This document shows positions 1 to 8,858 of a stretch of 64,000 nucleotides of DNA, in pieces. A program made the position numbers and the translations under genes. Source of the stretch: Candidatus Uhrbacteria bacterium (GTDB taxonomy: Bacteria > Patescibacteriota > Patescibacteriia > UBA9934); assembly GCA_943359345.1 (NCBI GenBank), contig CALRHE010000002.1:705-64704 (forward strand), in the 5' to 3' direction. The notes under the pieces were generated by a model. That model worked only from the letters and a program-made list of their open reading frames with translations. It had not been told where the DNA came from and did not search any database. Position 1 is the stretch's first letter; each line of letters begins with the position of its first letter.

Positions 1-571
1 GTATACGCTTGTCCTTGATCGACAGCTCGTGTCGCACTCCGCTTTTGCCCCGAAAAATAAATTTCATATCTGATCCTCGGCCATGCACGTGTCGTCTAAG
101 TAAGGTGGTGAGCCCGTATGATTTATTTTCGTGGGCATATTCTTCATTGCCAACACGAATATAAGTAGTATCGAGAAGTTTGACGAGCGTAGCCACAACC
201 TTGGCTTTGGGTATCCCGGGCAGGGCTAGATCTTGTGCCACAGAGCGGCGCAGACTCCCTAAAATACGCGCAAAGGGTAATAGTTGTTCATACTTCACCA
301 CCTCGCGCTGTGATCGCCAGACTGGGTGATAGAAATATTGTTTTCGACCACGATCATCATGGGCCGTAGCCTGTAAATGACCGTGAGGATCTGGGGTTAC
401 CCAAACGTGAATATACGCTGGCGGGATGCCCAGGCTTTCACAGCGCTTGATAATTCTTTGACTTTTGATAAGTCGACCGCGTTGATTATAAAAAACAAAT
501 TTATCTCCCACGAATTTACGTGTAAATCCAGGCTGGTTGTCTGAGGTATGATGCAACTTTGCAGATGGCAT
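1..571 (-). CDS. DNA topoisomerase IB (poxvirus/bacterial type), N-terminal part; gene runs off the window start
   Basis: Minus-strand translation from the ATG at 571 gives ...GHLQATAHDDRGRKQYFYHPVW...YIRVGNEEYAHENKSYGLTTLLRRHV...FRGKSG, matching conserved TopIB blocks. It is absent from the ORF track only because there is no stop inside the window; the 60-aa ORF at 397..579 is an overlapping wrong frame. Confidence 0.6.
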   Translation of the reverse strand, partial: MPSAKLHHTSDNQPGFTRKFVGDKFVFYNQRGRLIKSQRIIKRCESLGIPPAYIHVWVTPDPHGHLQATAHDDRGRKQYFYHPVWRSQREVVKYEQLLPFARILGSLRRSVAQDLALPGIPKAKVVATLVKLLDTTYIRVGNEEYAHENKSYGLTTLLRRHVHGRGSDMKFIFRGKSGVRHELSIKDKRI

Positions 572-596
572 AACAACAAGTATCATTATAATCTAT

Positions 597-1070
597 ATGA
601 CTATCGACATCCTCTTTACCGTGCTCATGTGCTTATGCGTGCTTTTGACCTGTATCCCCACTTTGCCGGGCGTGCCGCTCATGTTCGCACTCACCTTTAT
701 ATACGGCCTCATTGATGGCTTCGAAACCATGGCGGCTTGGCATCTAGCAATTTTTGCCGCACTCGCTCTACTCTCGATTGCCATTGATTACTCATCAGGC
801 CTGATTGGAGCCAAGCTGGGAGGTGCTAGCAAAAAAGCTTTGCTGTTTGGAATCATTGGATTGTTCGTTGGCTTGATAGTCTTCCCACCACTCGGCGCTT
901 TTGCTGGTTTGTTTATCGGTGTATTTATCGCCGAGCTAGTTCAATTCCGTGATCACCACCGAGCCCTCAAAGCAGCCTCATATTCCTTAGTAGCCACAGT
1001 AACAGGTGCTTTAGCCAATATTCTAATCGCCATCGGAAGCTTGGTCGGTTTTCTAATTGTCATTTACTAA
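597..1070 (+). CDS. DUF456-like small integral membrane protein
   Basis: Four hydrophobic segments and a PLGAFAGLFIGVF-type motif typical of the DUF456 family. Confidence 0.5.
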   Translation: MTIDILFTVLMCLCVLLTCIPTLPGVPLMFALTFIYGLIDGFETMAAWHLAIFAALALLSIAIDYSSGLIGAKLGGASKKALLFGIIGLFVGLIVFPPLGAFAGLFIGVFIAELVQFRDHHRALKAASYSLVATVTGALANILIAIGSLVGFLIVIY

Positions 1071-1094
1071 TACTGACTCGATCAAAAGTTATCT

Positions 1095-2804
1095 GTGGGT
1101 AAGTTTACAACAAGTCTAATACATCTTGATATTATTGTGATGAATTTTAATCCTTTCTCAGGAAATGCTATGTCTTCACACAGGCTTCATGCCTTGTCGG
1201 TATTGCGGGTTGCCGCGTTAATCGCCTGCGCCGCTATTGGCTTTTTTGTGCTTAGTAACTCTGCCCAGGCAGCAAACACGTTATCTTCCTCTGCCTACAT
1301 TGATGCCAACGGTAATGGCACCATCGACAACATCAAACTAACTTTTGATGAAAACATCGACCTGTGTACTTTTGAAGCTGGCGACTGGACAGTTAACACG
1401 GCTGGTAGCGTCACCGTAGCTATTACGGGTATCAATGCAGCCAATCCAGAAAGCAACGGTCAAGGTGACTGTAATGGCACAGACGCCGTCATTTATCTGT
1501 CTATTACAGCTGACGCTAATGAAACAGGTGGCGCTACGGCACCAGTAGTCAGCTACGCCAACGCTGTTACCGCTGGCAGCTTGAGCGGAGTCACCACAGC
1601 TCAAATTTCTGCCAAGGCCAGCGCTACCGTCACCGACACCGCTGCCCCAACTGTTGTTAGCACTTCCCCGGCTAGCGCCGCTACCGGAGTGTCTGTGAGT
1701 GCGGATATAATCATCACTTTTTCAGAGTCCATGGACACTGGCTTCGTGGAGAACACTGAATTCACAGTCTCGCCTGACCCAGGCACTTTCTCAGCCGCCT
1801 GGACAGTTAGTGACACCGTGGTTACTTTGAGCTTCCCTAACATGGTTTGTGGTATTGCTTACACCGTAGCAACGGTTGAAGCCCAAGTCGTAGCCTCAGC
1901 TGGTACGCCCACCGCCCTGATTACTACCGGGGCTCAAGATGGTGATTGGGTCTTCAACGCCAGTACTTGTGGAGGTGGCGGTACTACACCGGCCGTTATA
2001 ACCAGCTTTGAATACGCTGGACCTGTATGTGGTAGTGTAGACACACACTCATTCTCAGTCTCCGGTACCAACATCGACGCTTATATTACCGACGATAACA
2101 GCTACTTCACTTACGGCGAGTGGACCACCAATAATATTGAGGGTACGGGTACGATTGATGCTACTTTTGACAGTAACGAAACCTGGGCCTACTTGGCTCT
2201 ACGCAGCGACACTGGTACCGTCACCAATACCTATGCGTTTGAACTTAATAACTGGTCAGACACTTGTGAAGAGGACGATGACGAAGTAGTGGTTGAAGAG
2301 GAGGTAATCGAAGACGTTGAGGACGAAGACAGCGTCACCCCAGTAGCAGGCGTATCTCCCGGCGATGTCATTAGCAGCTCAACCTCGACAGCTGTTTACT
2401 ACGTAACCGAAACCTACGGCCGCCGAGTGTTTATTAATGAAGCCGCTTACTTCACCTGGTTTGAGTCTTTCGACGCTGTCATTGAAGTAAGCGCCGATAC
2501 TCTAGCCGCCCTGCCGCTCGAAGGCAGCATGTTGCCTAAGGCCGGCGTAGTCTTAGTCAAAATTCAGTCAATCGCCGATGTCTTTTATCTTGACGCTGGC
2601 AGTGATGACTTAGTCCCAGCCTTGCGTCTAATCAGCGATGAAAACATGGCTATCTCCCTATTTGGTAGCTACTGGGCTGATTACGTCATCGACATCGAGC
2701 CCACCTTCTTCACCAAATTCGAAACCGGTACAGCCATTGAGGCTGACGAGTCATTGAGCAGTGATGTAGGTGATATGAAGAAAAGACAGGACCTCCACGA
2801 TTAA
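1095..2804 (+). CDS. secreted or surface protein with Ig-like/Thr-Ala-rich repeats and an acidic E/D tract
   Basis: 569-aa ORF. The signal-peptide-like segment after the internal Met at 1168 (MSSHRLHALSVLRVAALIACAAIGFFVLSNSAQA) is a likelier start. Low-complexity T/A/S/V-rich beta-rich sequence with an EEDDDEVVVEEEVIEDVEDED tract. Confidence 0.5.
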   Translation: MGKFTTSLIHLDIIVMNFNPFSGNAMSSHRLHALSVLRVAALIACAAIGFFVLSNSAQAANTLSSSAYIDANGNGTIDNIKLTFDENIDLCTFEAGDWTVNTAGSVTVAITGINAANPESNGQGDCNGTDAVIYLSITADANETGGATAPVVSYANAVTAGSLSGVTTAQISAKASATVTDTAAPTVVSTSPASAATGVSVSADIIITFSESMDTGFVENTEFTVSPDPGTFSAAWTVSDTVVTLSFPNMVCGIAYTVATVEAQVVASAGTPTALITTGAQDGDWVFNASTCGGGGTTPAVITSFEYAGPVCGSVDTHSFSVSGTNIDAYITDDNSYFTYGEWTTNNIEGTGTIDATFDSNETWAYLALRSDTGTVTNTYAFELNNWSDTCEEDDDEVVVEEEVIEDVEDEDSVTPVAGVSPGDVISSSTSTAVYYVTETYGRRVFINEAAYFTWFESFDAVIEVSADTLAALPLEGSMLPKAGVVLVKIQSIADVFYLDAGSDDLVPALRLISDENMAISLFGSYWADYVIDIEPTFFTKFETGTAIEADESLSSDVGDMKKRQDLHD

Positions 2805-2817
2805 ATAAGACCGTGAT

Positions 2818-2851
2818 TAAAATACCAGCCCGACCCGGGCTGGTATTTTTA
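2818..2851 (+). terminator. rho-independent terminator
   Basis: aaaATACCAGCCCGaccCGGGCTGGTATttttt, an 11-bp perfect stem plus T-run directly after the 1095..2804 stop. Confidence 0.7.
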
Positions 2852-3018
2852 TGTAGTTTAAGCTATTCTGTGGCCCATGCTTAAACGTCAAACTACTATT
2901 CTGGGATTGTTCGCGGGCTCGGCCCTAACTACCCTATTTCTCATGGGTTATATTATGTTCTGGGTGGCTACGCGATAGCTGAACACTCAAAATAAAAGCC
3001 CCACAATATAGCTCAGGT

Positions 3019-3888
3019 ATGATTAAAGCCTCGCAATCACGCTTACGCTGGGCCAATGATCAGTGTCCCTTGTCCGGGTCTTCAATCCCATCTCTACACC
3101 ACACCCGCTGGTACGCCGAAAGTCAGACTGATCAACCGCCACCAAGCTGGCAGATAGATGGCTTTACGAGCACCATTTTCCAATCTCGATTTTTCAGTTG
3201 GTATCGTACTTTTTCGCAGGACGAACCGCAGCTTAAGTCCAGCCACTCACTAATTACTGTTTGTGAATGGCTGCCGCGTTACGAACCACTCAATTCATCC
3301 GGCTGGATAACTTTTGGTCGTCACTATACAAGCGCCTATGCCAATCTTCATCCCGACTACCTCAAGGACTGGCGAGAACATGCACTTAGACATCTAAAAA
3401 AGTTTAAGCGTGCAAACTGTGAATTGCGTTTAGGCACGCGTGAAGAGGTGGTTAAACTATACGCTACTTCACAAGTACCTAAACACCTTCAAGTGGCCTT
3501 GTTAAGGCTGCTCGATAAACATCTCGCGACCCATCTCGACACGATCGATATTCTGATCGCTGAAAAACACGGTCAACCGATCGCCTGTCATATAGTTGGA
3601 AATTGTGCTGAGGCAAAGCTCAGCGAATATATCATCGGAGCTTTTGATCCAAACTATAAACACGACCAACCTATGGTTGGATTGATTGACTGGTGGTACC
3701 GTCGTTCGCTTGAGCGTGGCTATACCTGGCTTACGTTTGGATTCATGGAGTCGTGGGACTGGGGCCTACCCAAAACCGGCAACGGTTATTCTTTGTTCAA
3801 AACTCATTTCGGGGTCCAACGAATGTGGTTTCCGCAAAACCGTTGGAAGATTATATTCAACCACAAGGGTCTCTTCACTAGACCCTAA
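3019..3888 (+). CDS. FemAB-like / GNAT-fold acyltransferase (PF13480-like)
   Basis: C-terminal ...GYTWLTFGF...GYSLFKTHFG resembles the FemAB/BioF2-like YxFKxxFG signature. Confidence 0.4.
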   Translation: MIKASQSRLRWANDQCPLSGSSIPSLHHTRWYAESQTDQPPPSWQIDGFTSTIFQSRFFSWYRTFSQDEPQLKSSHSLITVCEWLPRYEPLNSSGWITFGRHYTSAYANLHPDYLKDWREHALRHLKKFKRANCELRLGTREEVVKLYATSQVPKHLQVALLRLLDKHLATHLDTIDILIAEKHGQPIACHIVGNCAEAKLSEYIIGAFDPNYKHDQPMVGLIDWWYRRSLERGYTWLTFGFMESWDWGLPKTGNGYSLFKTHFGVQRMWFPQNRWKIIFNHKGLFTRP

Positions 3889-3900
3889 GCACGAGCTACA

Positions 3901-4440
3901 ATGCCAAAGTTCACTCACTTCAAATTCTGCTTTATGGACAAGAAGCTTTTCGGTGGTTTGGCACTCATCTTACTCTTAGGGGCTGGCTGTACTGAAGCCA
4001 ACATCGTCGATACCACGGTTAATACTGGAAACCCAACTGAGACCTCTGCCATTACCGCGGATGAATCTGAAGCTAGCGGCACGGTTGAAACTGGGGTCGT
4101 GGTCGACATCAGCGGTGACATGATCGGCGGCGATGTCAAAGCCGAAATCGTAGTTGAGGCCAGCGTGAAAGAATTTACAGTTACCGGTGGCAACTTCGCC
4201 TTTTCTCCGACCAGTTTGAGCGTAAACAAGGGTGACACAGTACGCATTACCTTCAAAAATGCTGAGGGCTTTCACGACTTCGTAATTGATGAATTCGATG
4301 TCGCCACCAAACAAATCTCGGCCGCGACTGAAGAAACCGTAGAGTTTGTAGCCGACCAAGCTGGCAGTTTTGAATTTTATTGCTCGGTTGGTCAACATCG
4401 TCAATTGGGCATGAAGGGTACCTTGACCGTCACTGAATAA
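3901..4440 (+). CDS. cupredoxin-domain (type-1 copper) lipoprotein
   Basis: Lipobox LLGAGC after the internal Met at 3934. C-terminal ...HDFVIDEF...FYCSVGQHRQLGMKGTLTV carries the Cys/His/Met copper-ligand pattern of plastocyanin/azurin-like domains. Confidence 0.6.
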   Translation: MPKFTHFKFCFMDKKLFGGLALILLLGAGCTEANIVDTTVNTGNPTETSAITADESEASGTVETGVVVDISGDMIGGDVKAEIVVEASVKEFTVTGGNFAFSPTSLSVNKGDTVRITFKNAEGFHDFVIDEFDVATKQISAATEETVEFVADQAGSFEFYCSVGQHRQLGMKGTLTVTE

Positions 4441-4442
4441 CT

Positions 4443-4805
4443 ATGAACAAGCAGGGCTGGTTAACCGTCCTCGTGATTGCAATTTTTCTAGCCGGGGCTA
4501 TCAGCCTACTAATCTGGAACGAATCCCACCTCGCGATTATCCCCTCAACCCCATCAACCCCCAATGATATCTATACTCTATCCGACATCGCCACGCACAC
4601 TGAGGCAGCCAGTTGCTGGACGAGCATAGACGGTAGCGTCTATGACTTGACCGAGTTTATCGAAGAGCATCCGGGCGGATCTAAAGCAATTCTTGTGATC
4701 TGTGGCTTTGATGGCACAGGTTCCTTCAACAGCATGCCGGCGGCAGTCATGCCAGTGGTTCGGATGACTTTGGCAAAGTATAAAATTGGGACCCTAGCCG
4801 AGTAA
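4443..4805 (+). CDS. cytochrome b5-like heme-binding domain protein, membrane anchored
   Basis: N-terminal TM helix followed by a ...DLTEFIEEHPGGSKAIL... HPGG heme-binding motif. Confidence 0.6.
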   Translation: MNKQGWLTVLVIAIFLAGAISLLIWNESHLAIIPSTPSTPNDIYTLSDIATHTEAASCWTSIDGSVYDLTEFIEEHPGGSKAILVICGFDGTGSFNSMPAAVMPVVRMTLAKYKIGTLAE

Positions 4806-4806
4806 T

Positions 4807-5184
4807 ATGGGAAAATACGATTCTTTGGTGCCGCTAGTTCTGCGCGTCGGCATGGCCGCAGTCTTTGCTTGGTTTGGACTCCATCAGCTCTTCGATCCTA
4901 GTAGTTGGATCGCCTTTGTGCCGAGCTTCATGACTAACCCCTGGATAACCTCTGAGTCAATCGTTCTCGTAAACGGTTGGGCAGAAGTGGTAGGCGCCTT
5001 CCTCCTGCTCATCGGCTTCCAGACCAGACCAGTTGCGCTTCTCCTTAGCCTTCACATGTTGTTCATCACAATTGAAACCGGCGGTGCTATTGGTGTGCGC
5101 GATCTGGGGATTACGATCGCCTGCCTAGCTCTAGCCCTATCGACCATCGACCGCTGGACACTTGACGCTAAATTCAGAAGCTAA
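4807..5184 (+). CDS. DoxX family membrane protein
   Basis: Four-helix small membrane protein; ...VLRVGMAAVFAWFGLHQL... is DoxX-like. Confidence 0.6.
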   Translation: MGKYDSLVPLVLRVGMAAVFAWFGLHQLFDPSSWIAFVPSFMTNPWITSESIVLVNGWAEVVGAFLLLIGFQTRPVALLLSLHMLFITIETGGAIGVRDLGITIACLALALSTIDRWTLDAKFRS

Positions 5185-5195
5185 AAACTCAATAC

Positions 5196-5232
5196 AAAAA
5201 ACCGCCCTGAGCAAAGTCGAAGGCGGTTTTTT
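5196..5232. terminator. bidirectional rho-independent terminator
   Basis: aaaaaACCGCCctgagcaaagtcgaaGGCGGTttttt. Confidence 0.7.
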
Positions 5233-5703
5233 AACTCAAGCACTTAGGCCTGGTCGGTGGTCTCAGTAACTTCCTCAACTGGAGCTGCTTCAACAGTCTC
5301 TGGCATAGCTGTCTCCTCAGCAGGAGCCTCGGTTGGCATAGCTGGAGCAGCTGTCTGCATATCTTCGCCGTCGAACATAATATGTATGTTTAAAGAATCA
5401 AACGGTGCCCATTTAAGGGAACGGGGGAAGTCTAATGGATGTGACTCCTAAAGTCAAGGATTTTTATCTAATTGCAGACCAGAGTTTTTACCGGTAAACT
5501 TAGCCAGTATACTGATAGTGACGATTAATCACTCGAGATTTATGAGGAGATTGGGAAGACAAAGAATGATGGCGCCTATGGGTCGCCGTCGACGCAGCCC
5601 GTTGCGCTTCATTCCAATACTAATAGTGCTTGGAATAGTGGCCTATTTCATCATGAAGACCACCGGTTAGCTCAGATTTAAATCCGCGAGAATATTAGCG
5701 CTT

Positions 5704-6447
5704 ATGAATCTTGAAATCAAAATCGGGCTTTTCGTATTAGTCATAATTTTGGCAATCGTGATTTACGATGTCATTCAAACTACTCGTCTGATTAGGATTG
5801 GGGTTGAACAAACCAATACTACCCAAGCTTTTGAGCGCCGCTTAAGCTCGCCTGAGTACCATTTTCTCATAATTGGCGATAGCTCGGCGGTTGGGGTTGG
5901 GGCTATCCCCAGTGAAGGCTCGATCGCAGGTCGTTTAGCGGCTGACTTCCCCACTGCTGATATTCGTAATCTGGCGGTCAGTGGGAGTAAGGTGACTGAT
6001 GCGATCAAACAACTTGAAAATCTACCCGAAACCGAACGCTACGACCTGATTTTGATTCAGATCGGTGGCAATGACATCGTGCGTCGCACGCCGTACGTCG
6101 ACATCGAACGCGAACTTCCGAAACTTTTCAGCCTAGCCAACGCTCACTCTGAAAATGTCGTCCAACTAACTAGCGGCAACGTTGGTACTTCTAGGCTCCT
6201 ACCCTTCGGGACCCGTTGGTACTTCACCCTCAGAACCAAAGCAGTGCGTAAAATATTCATGAGCATAGCCGTCGATCAACATGTCCATTACATCGATCTG
6301 TTCCGCACTCGAGCCCATGATCCTTACGCCCAAGACCCAAAAACCTACTACTCACCAGACTTCTTCCACCCTAGCGCTGAAGGCTATGGGGACTGGTATA
6401 AATTCGTGGCTCCGATCGTAAAGGCCCTGCCCGGACTTGAAAAATAG
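5704..6447 (+). CDS. SGNH/GDSL-family hydrolase
   Basis: FLIIGDSSAVG (block I GDS), IQIGGNDI (block III), DFFHPS (block V D..H). Confidence 0.65.
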   Translation: MNLEIKIGLFVLVIILAIVIYDVIQTTRLIRIGVEQTNTTQAFERRLSSPEYHFLIIGDSSAVGVGAIPSEGSIAGRLAADFPTADIRNLAVSGSKVTDAIKQLENLPETERYDLILIQIGGNDIVRRTPYVDIERELPKLFSLANAHSENVVQLTSGNVGTSRLLPFGTRWYFTLRTKAVRKIFMSIAVDQHVHYIDLFRTRAHDPYAQDPKTYYSPDFFHPSAEGYGDWYKFVAPIVKALPGLEK

Positions 6448-6481
6448 CCCTCTCGGTGCTATTCTTTCACAGCTCAAACAC

Positions 6482-6557
6482 GCCGATGTAGCTCAGTTGG
6501 TAGAGCAACGGTTTTGTAAACCGTAGGTCGTCGGTTCAAGCCCGACCATCGGCTCCA
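6482..6557 (+). tRNA. tRNA-Thr (anticodon TGT)
   Basis: GCCGATG acceptor pairs with CATCGGC; anticodon stem-loop ACGGT-TTTGTAA-ACCGT; T-arm GGTTCAAGCCC; encoded CCA. Confidence 0.85.
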
Positions 6558-6727
6558 CAAAAAGCCCAATATCCCTTGCGTTGTTGGATTAATTCCGGTA
6601 TTATTCGGCCCGCAACGCACCGTAGGCTAGTGGCCCGAACGTAGTGAGGGCCAAAGCGAGCGGCGGATAGACGAGACGAGGGCGACCACAGGGAGTCCGA
6701 ATGAGAGTCTATCTGGCAAGTAAGCGT

Positions 6728-6813
6728 GGGTCGATACCGAAGCGGTCAAACGGGGCAGACTGTAAATCTGCTGGCGCAAGCCTACGAAGGTTCGAACCCT
6801 TCTCGACCCACCA
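6728..6813 (+). tRNA. tRNA-Tyr (anticodon GTA), long variable arm
   Basis: GGGTCGA/TCGACCC acceptor; D-arm CCG-AAGCGGTCAAA-CGG; anticodon arm GCAGACTGTAAATCTGC as in E. coli tyrT; T-arm GAAGGTTCGAACCCTTC; CCA encoded. Confidence 0.85.
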
Positions 6814-6967
6814 TGTAGAAAACCCATATAACATCATAACTCCCCAGGTTCATTTAAATCATTCAGCTCCTAGAAGCGAACGAGTAAGGCCGCGGCGTAG
6901 GTAAATCCTACGGTAAGGCCGACGGAGTAAGCGACAACGGAGATGAATGATTTAAATGAACCGATTC

Positions 6968-7043
6968 GCCGCAGTAGCTCAGTTGGTAGAGCGCATCCAT
7001 GGTAAGGATGAGGTCATCGGTTCAAACCCGATCTGTGGCTCCA
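6968..7043 (+). tRNA. tRNA-Thr (anticodon GGT)
   Basis: GCCGCAG/CTGTGGC acceptor with one G-U pair; anticodon arm CATCC-ATGGTAA-GGATG; T-arm GGTTCAAACCC; CCA encoded. Confidence 0.85.
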
Positions 7044-7068
7044 TATGGTCCCGTCTTGACGGGATTTT

Positions 7069-7263
7069 ATGTTTAGGCTAGGATTGTCTAGATTTTTATC
7101 CCCTACTATGTCCCAGGAAACCCTCATCAAATTGGAATGCACGGTCTGCAAAAATATTAACTACCGATCCACCAAAAACAAGAAATTGTTGAAGGATCGT
7201 CTAGAGCTTAATAAGCATTGCTCAACCTGCGTCAAACACACTCCACATAAGGAAACCAAGTAA
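7069..7263 (+). CDS. rpmG: 50S ribosomal protein L33
   Basis: ...[19 protein letters not shown]...[21 protein letters not shown] zinc-ribbon pattern of L33. The true start is probably the Met at 7108 (MSQETLIK). Confidence 0.8.
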   Translation: MFRLGLSRFLSPTMSQETLIKLECTVCKNINYRSTKNKKLLKDRLELNKHCSTCVKHTPHKETK

Positions 7264-7287
7264 AAACTGGCTCTGAGCCAGTTTTTA
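7263..7287. terminator. bidirectional terminator between rpmG and the convergent TPR gene
   Basis: aaaaCTGGCTCtgaGAGCCAGtttt. Confidence 0.7.
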
Positions 7288-8085
7288 CTTTCTAAGATTT
7301 TTTTCCCTGACTGCCTCTATTCGTTCCTCAAAGTCGGGGATCTTCTGGTTGTCGGAGTTGACCTCGCGCAGATGATTGAGAGCAATGGTGGCTTCCATCA
7401 CATCTCCCTTCTTAATAGCCGCCTCAATAAAGAAATCTAGGTACTTGGGATTGTTGGGGCTAATGTTTTTAGCTCGCGAAAAATAGGTAAAGGCGGCATT
7501 GACATCATTTTCAATGATCGCAATTTCACCCAAACTCGCTAGCACACTGGCGTCTTGAGGTGACAACTTCTGGAGATATTTGAACGCCTCCTTGGCATTC
7601 TCCAAGTTTCTAGTTTGGATATACAAACGACCGATATATTCGTAGGCGTCAACGTTTTTGGGATCAAGGCTCAAAACCTCGACCAGCTTCTTCTCGGCAG
7701 CGTCGTACATGTCTTCATCCAACAACTTACTCGCCTCATCAATCATGCGACGAAGTTCTTGAAGATTGGGCTTGCGTCGTGCTGATGACTTCTGACGCTC
7801 GGCATATGAGCGCTCAATGGCCGCTAGCTTGGCGGCTGTACGGCGGACGGTATTTTGTATCCAAGTGAAAGGTCCACCCATGGATCTACGCAGGCTGGCA
7901 GCTTTTTCGTTACTCACTCGTTCCAGACGCTTACGCAAAATGTCATACTTTACACCTTTAGCCTTGGCCTGTTTGGAGGTTGAAGGATCAACAATCTTGA
8001 GTTGGGGCAATTTACGGGCGACAATCCAAAACAACAGCAGAAGACCTAAACCTAGGAGACCTAAAAAAATAATCGTCCAAATCAT
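7285..8085 (-). CDS. TPR-repeat membrane-anchored protein
   Basis: N-terminal TM helix, K/R-rich linker, then tetratricopeptide-like repeats (AYEYIGRLYIQTRNLENAKEAFKY...). The start ATG overlaps the tpiA stop (ATGA). Confidence 0.55.
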   Translation of the reverse strand: MIWTIIFLGLLGLGLLLLFWIVARKLPQLKIVDPSTSKQAKAKGVKYDILRKRLERVSNEKAASLRRSMGGPFTWIQNTVRRTAAKLAAIERSYAERQKSSARRKPNLQELRRMIDEASKLLDEDMYDAAEKKLVEVLSLDPKNVDAYEYIGRLYIQTRNLENAKEAFKYLQKLSPQDASVLASLGEIAIIENDVNAAFTYFSRAKNISPNNPKYLDFFIEAAIKKGDVMEATIALNHLREVNSDNQKIPDFEERIEAVREKNLRK

Positions 8086-8858
8086 ACAGATGCTTGAGCC
8101 TCGATTACGTCACAGGCGGCGCCTATGATTTGCGCAAACTCATTGGCTTTGATACTAGCCCCGCCTACGAGTAAACCATCAATCTCAGGTTCGCGCAAAA
8201 ATTGATAAGCGTTCTTAGCGGCCACTGAACCACCGTACAACACAAAGCAGTGATCGGTAGGTAGCTTGAGCTCATGCAGCAAGTATTCTCGGATGAGTTT
8301 GTGCATAGCTACAATCTGCTCGGGGCTGGCAGGCTGCCCGCTCCCAATAGCCCAAACCGGCTCATAGGCCACCATAAAGCTCTTGCCTCTAGGCAATTTC
8401 TGGTTGGCAAAAGCTTGCTTCAGTTGTCGGAGTACATACTCCTCTGCTTGCTCAGCCTGACGAACCTCCATAGGTTCCCCCACGCACAAAATCGGTGTGA
8501 GGTTGGAAGCAAGCACGGCCGTCAGACGATCATGAACTACAGCGTCATCTTCACCGAACTTTAGACGACGTTCAGAGTGCCCAAGAATGGCGTACTGACA
8601 ACCCAGGTCTTCAAGCTGGGCAATACCGATCTCACCAGTGAAGGCGCCAGCGCGGTCTGGACCGGCATTTTGCGCACCAAGGGCTAGGTGGGTCCGGGTA
8701 ACAAGTTTATGCGCCTCGGCTAGGGCTGTGGCTGAAGGGCAAATCACTATGCCGGGAAAATGTTTGCGCCCTTGGACAGACCGTAAAATACTGCGCACAA
8801 GTGCGATTGATTCGCGTACGGACAAGTTCATTTTCCAATTGGCGACCACGTATTTCAT
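8082..8858 (-). CDS. tpiA: triosephosphate isomerase
   Basis: VVANWKMN, ILCVGE, GHSERR and AYEPVWAIGSG signatures. The stop codon is TGA, which shows the standard code is in use. Confidence 0.9.
   Translation of the reverse strand: MKYVVANWKMNLSVRESIALVRSILRSVQGRKHFPGIVICPSATALAEAHKLVTRTHLALGAQNAGPDRAGAFTGEIGIAQLEDLGCQYAILGHSERRLKFGEDDAVVHDRLTAVLASNLTPILCVGEPMEVRQAEQAEEYVLRQLKQAFANQKLPRGKSFMVAYEPVWAIGSGQPASPEQIVAMHKLIREYLLHELKLPTDHCFVLYGGSVAAKNAYQFLREPEIDGLLVGGASIKANEFAQIIGAACDVIEAQASV

Noticed and set aside
397-579. 60-aa minus-strand ORF from the track
   Set aside because: It is the wrong frame. The real gene is the TopIB reading frame that starts at 571 and runs off the window.
5244-5451. 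ORF 5257..5451 (plus, 64 aa) and an antisense 44-aa acidic A/E/P/T-rich ORF (5244..5378, minus)
   Set aside because: They are mutually overlapping and low complexity with no RBS. The nucleotide sequence is a short tandem repeat (ggcatagctg...). They are probably non-coding, and an acidic micro-protein cannot be excluded.
6814-6967. A degenerate tRNA-Gly at the glyT position of the Thr-Tyr-(Gly)-Thr cluster
   Set aside because: No cloverleaf can be drawn: no acceptor/T-arm pairing and no anticodon arm. The sequence instead forms a 24-bp terminal stem around a large loop.
8082-8084. Alternative genetic code (UGA recoded to Gly, as in some CPR lineages), prompted by the presence of RF1 only in this window
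   Set aside because: tpiA ends ...AQASV followed by TGA, and the MopE-like gene also ends in TGA. UGA is therefore a stop here. RF2 is presumably encoded outside the window.
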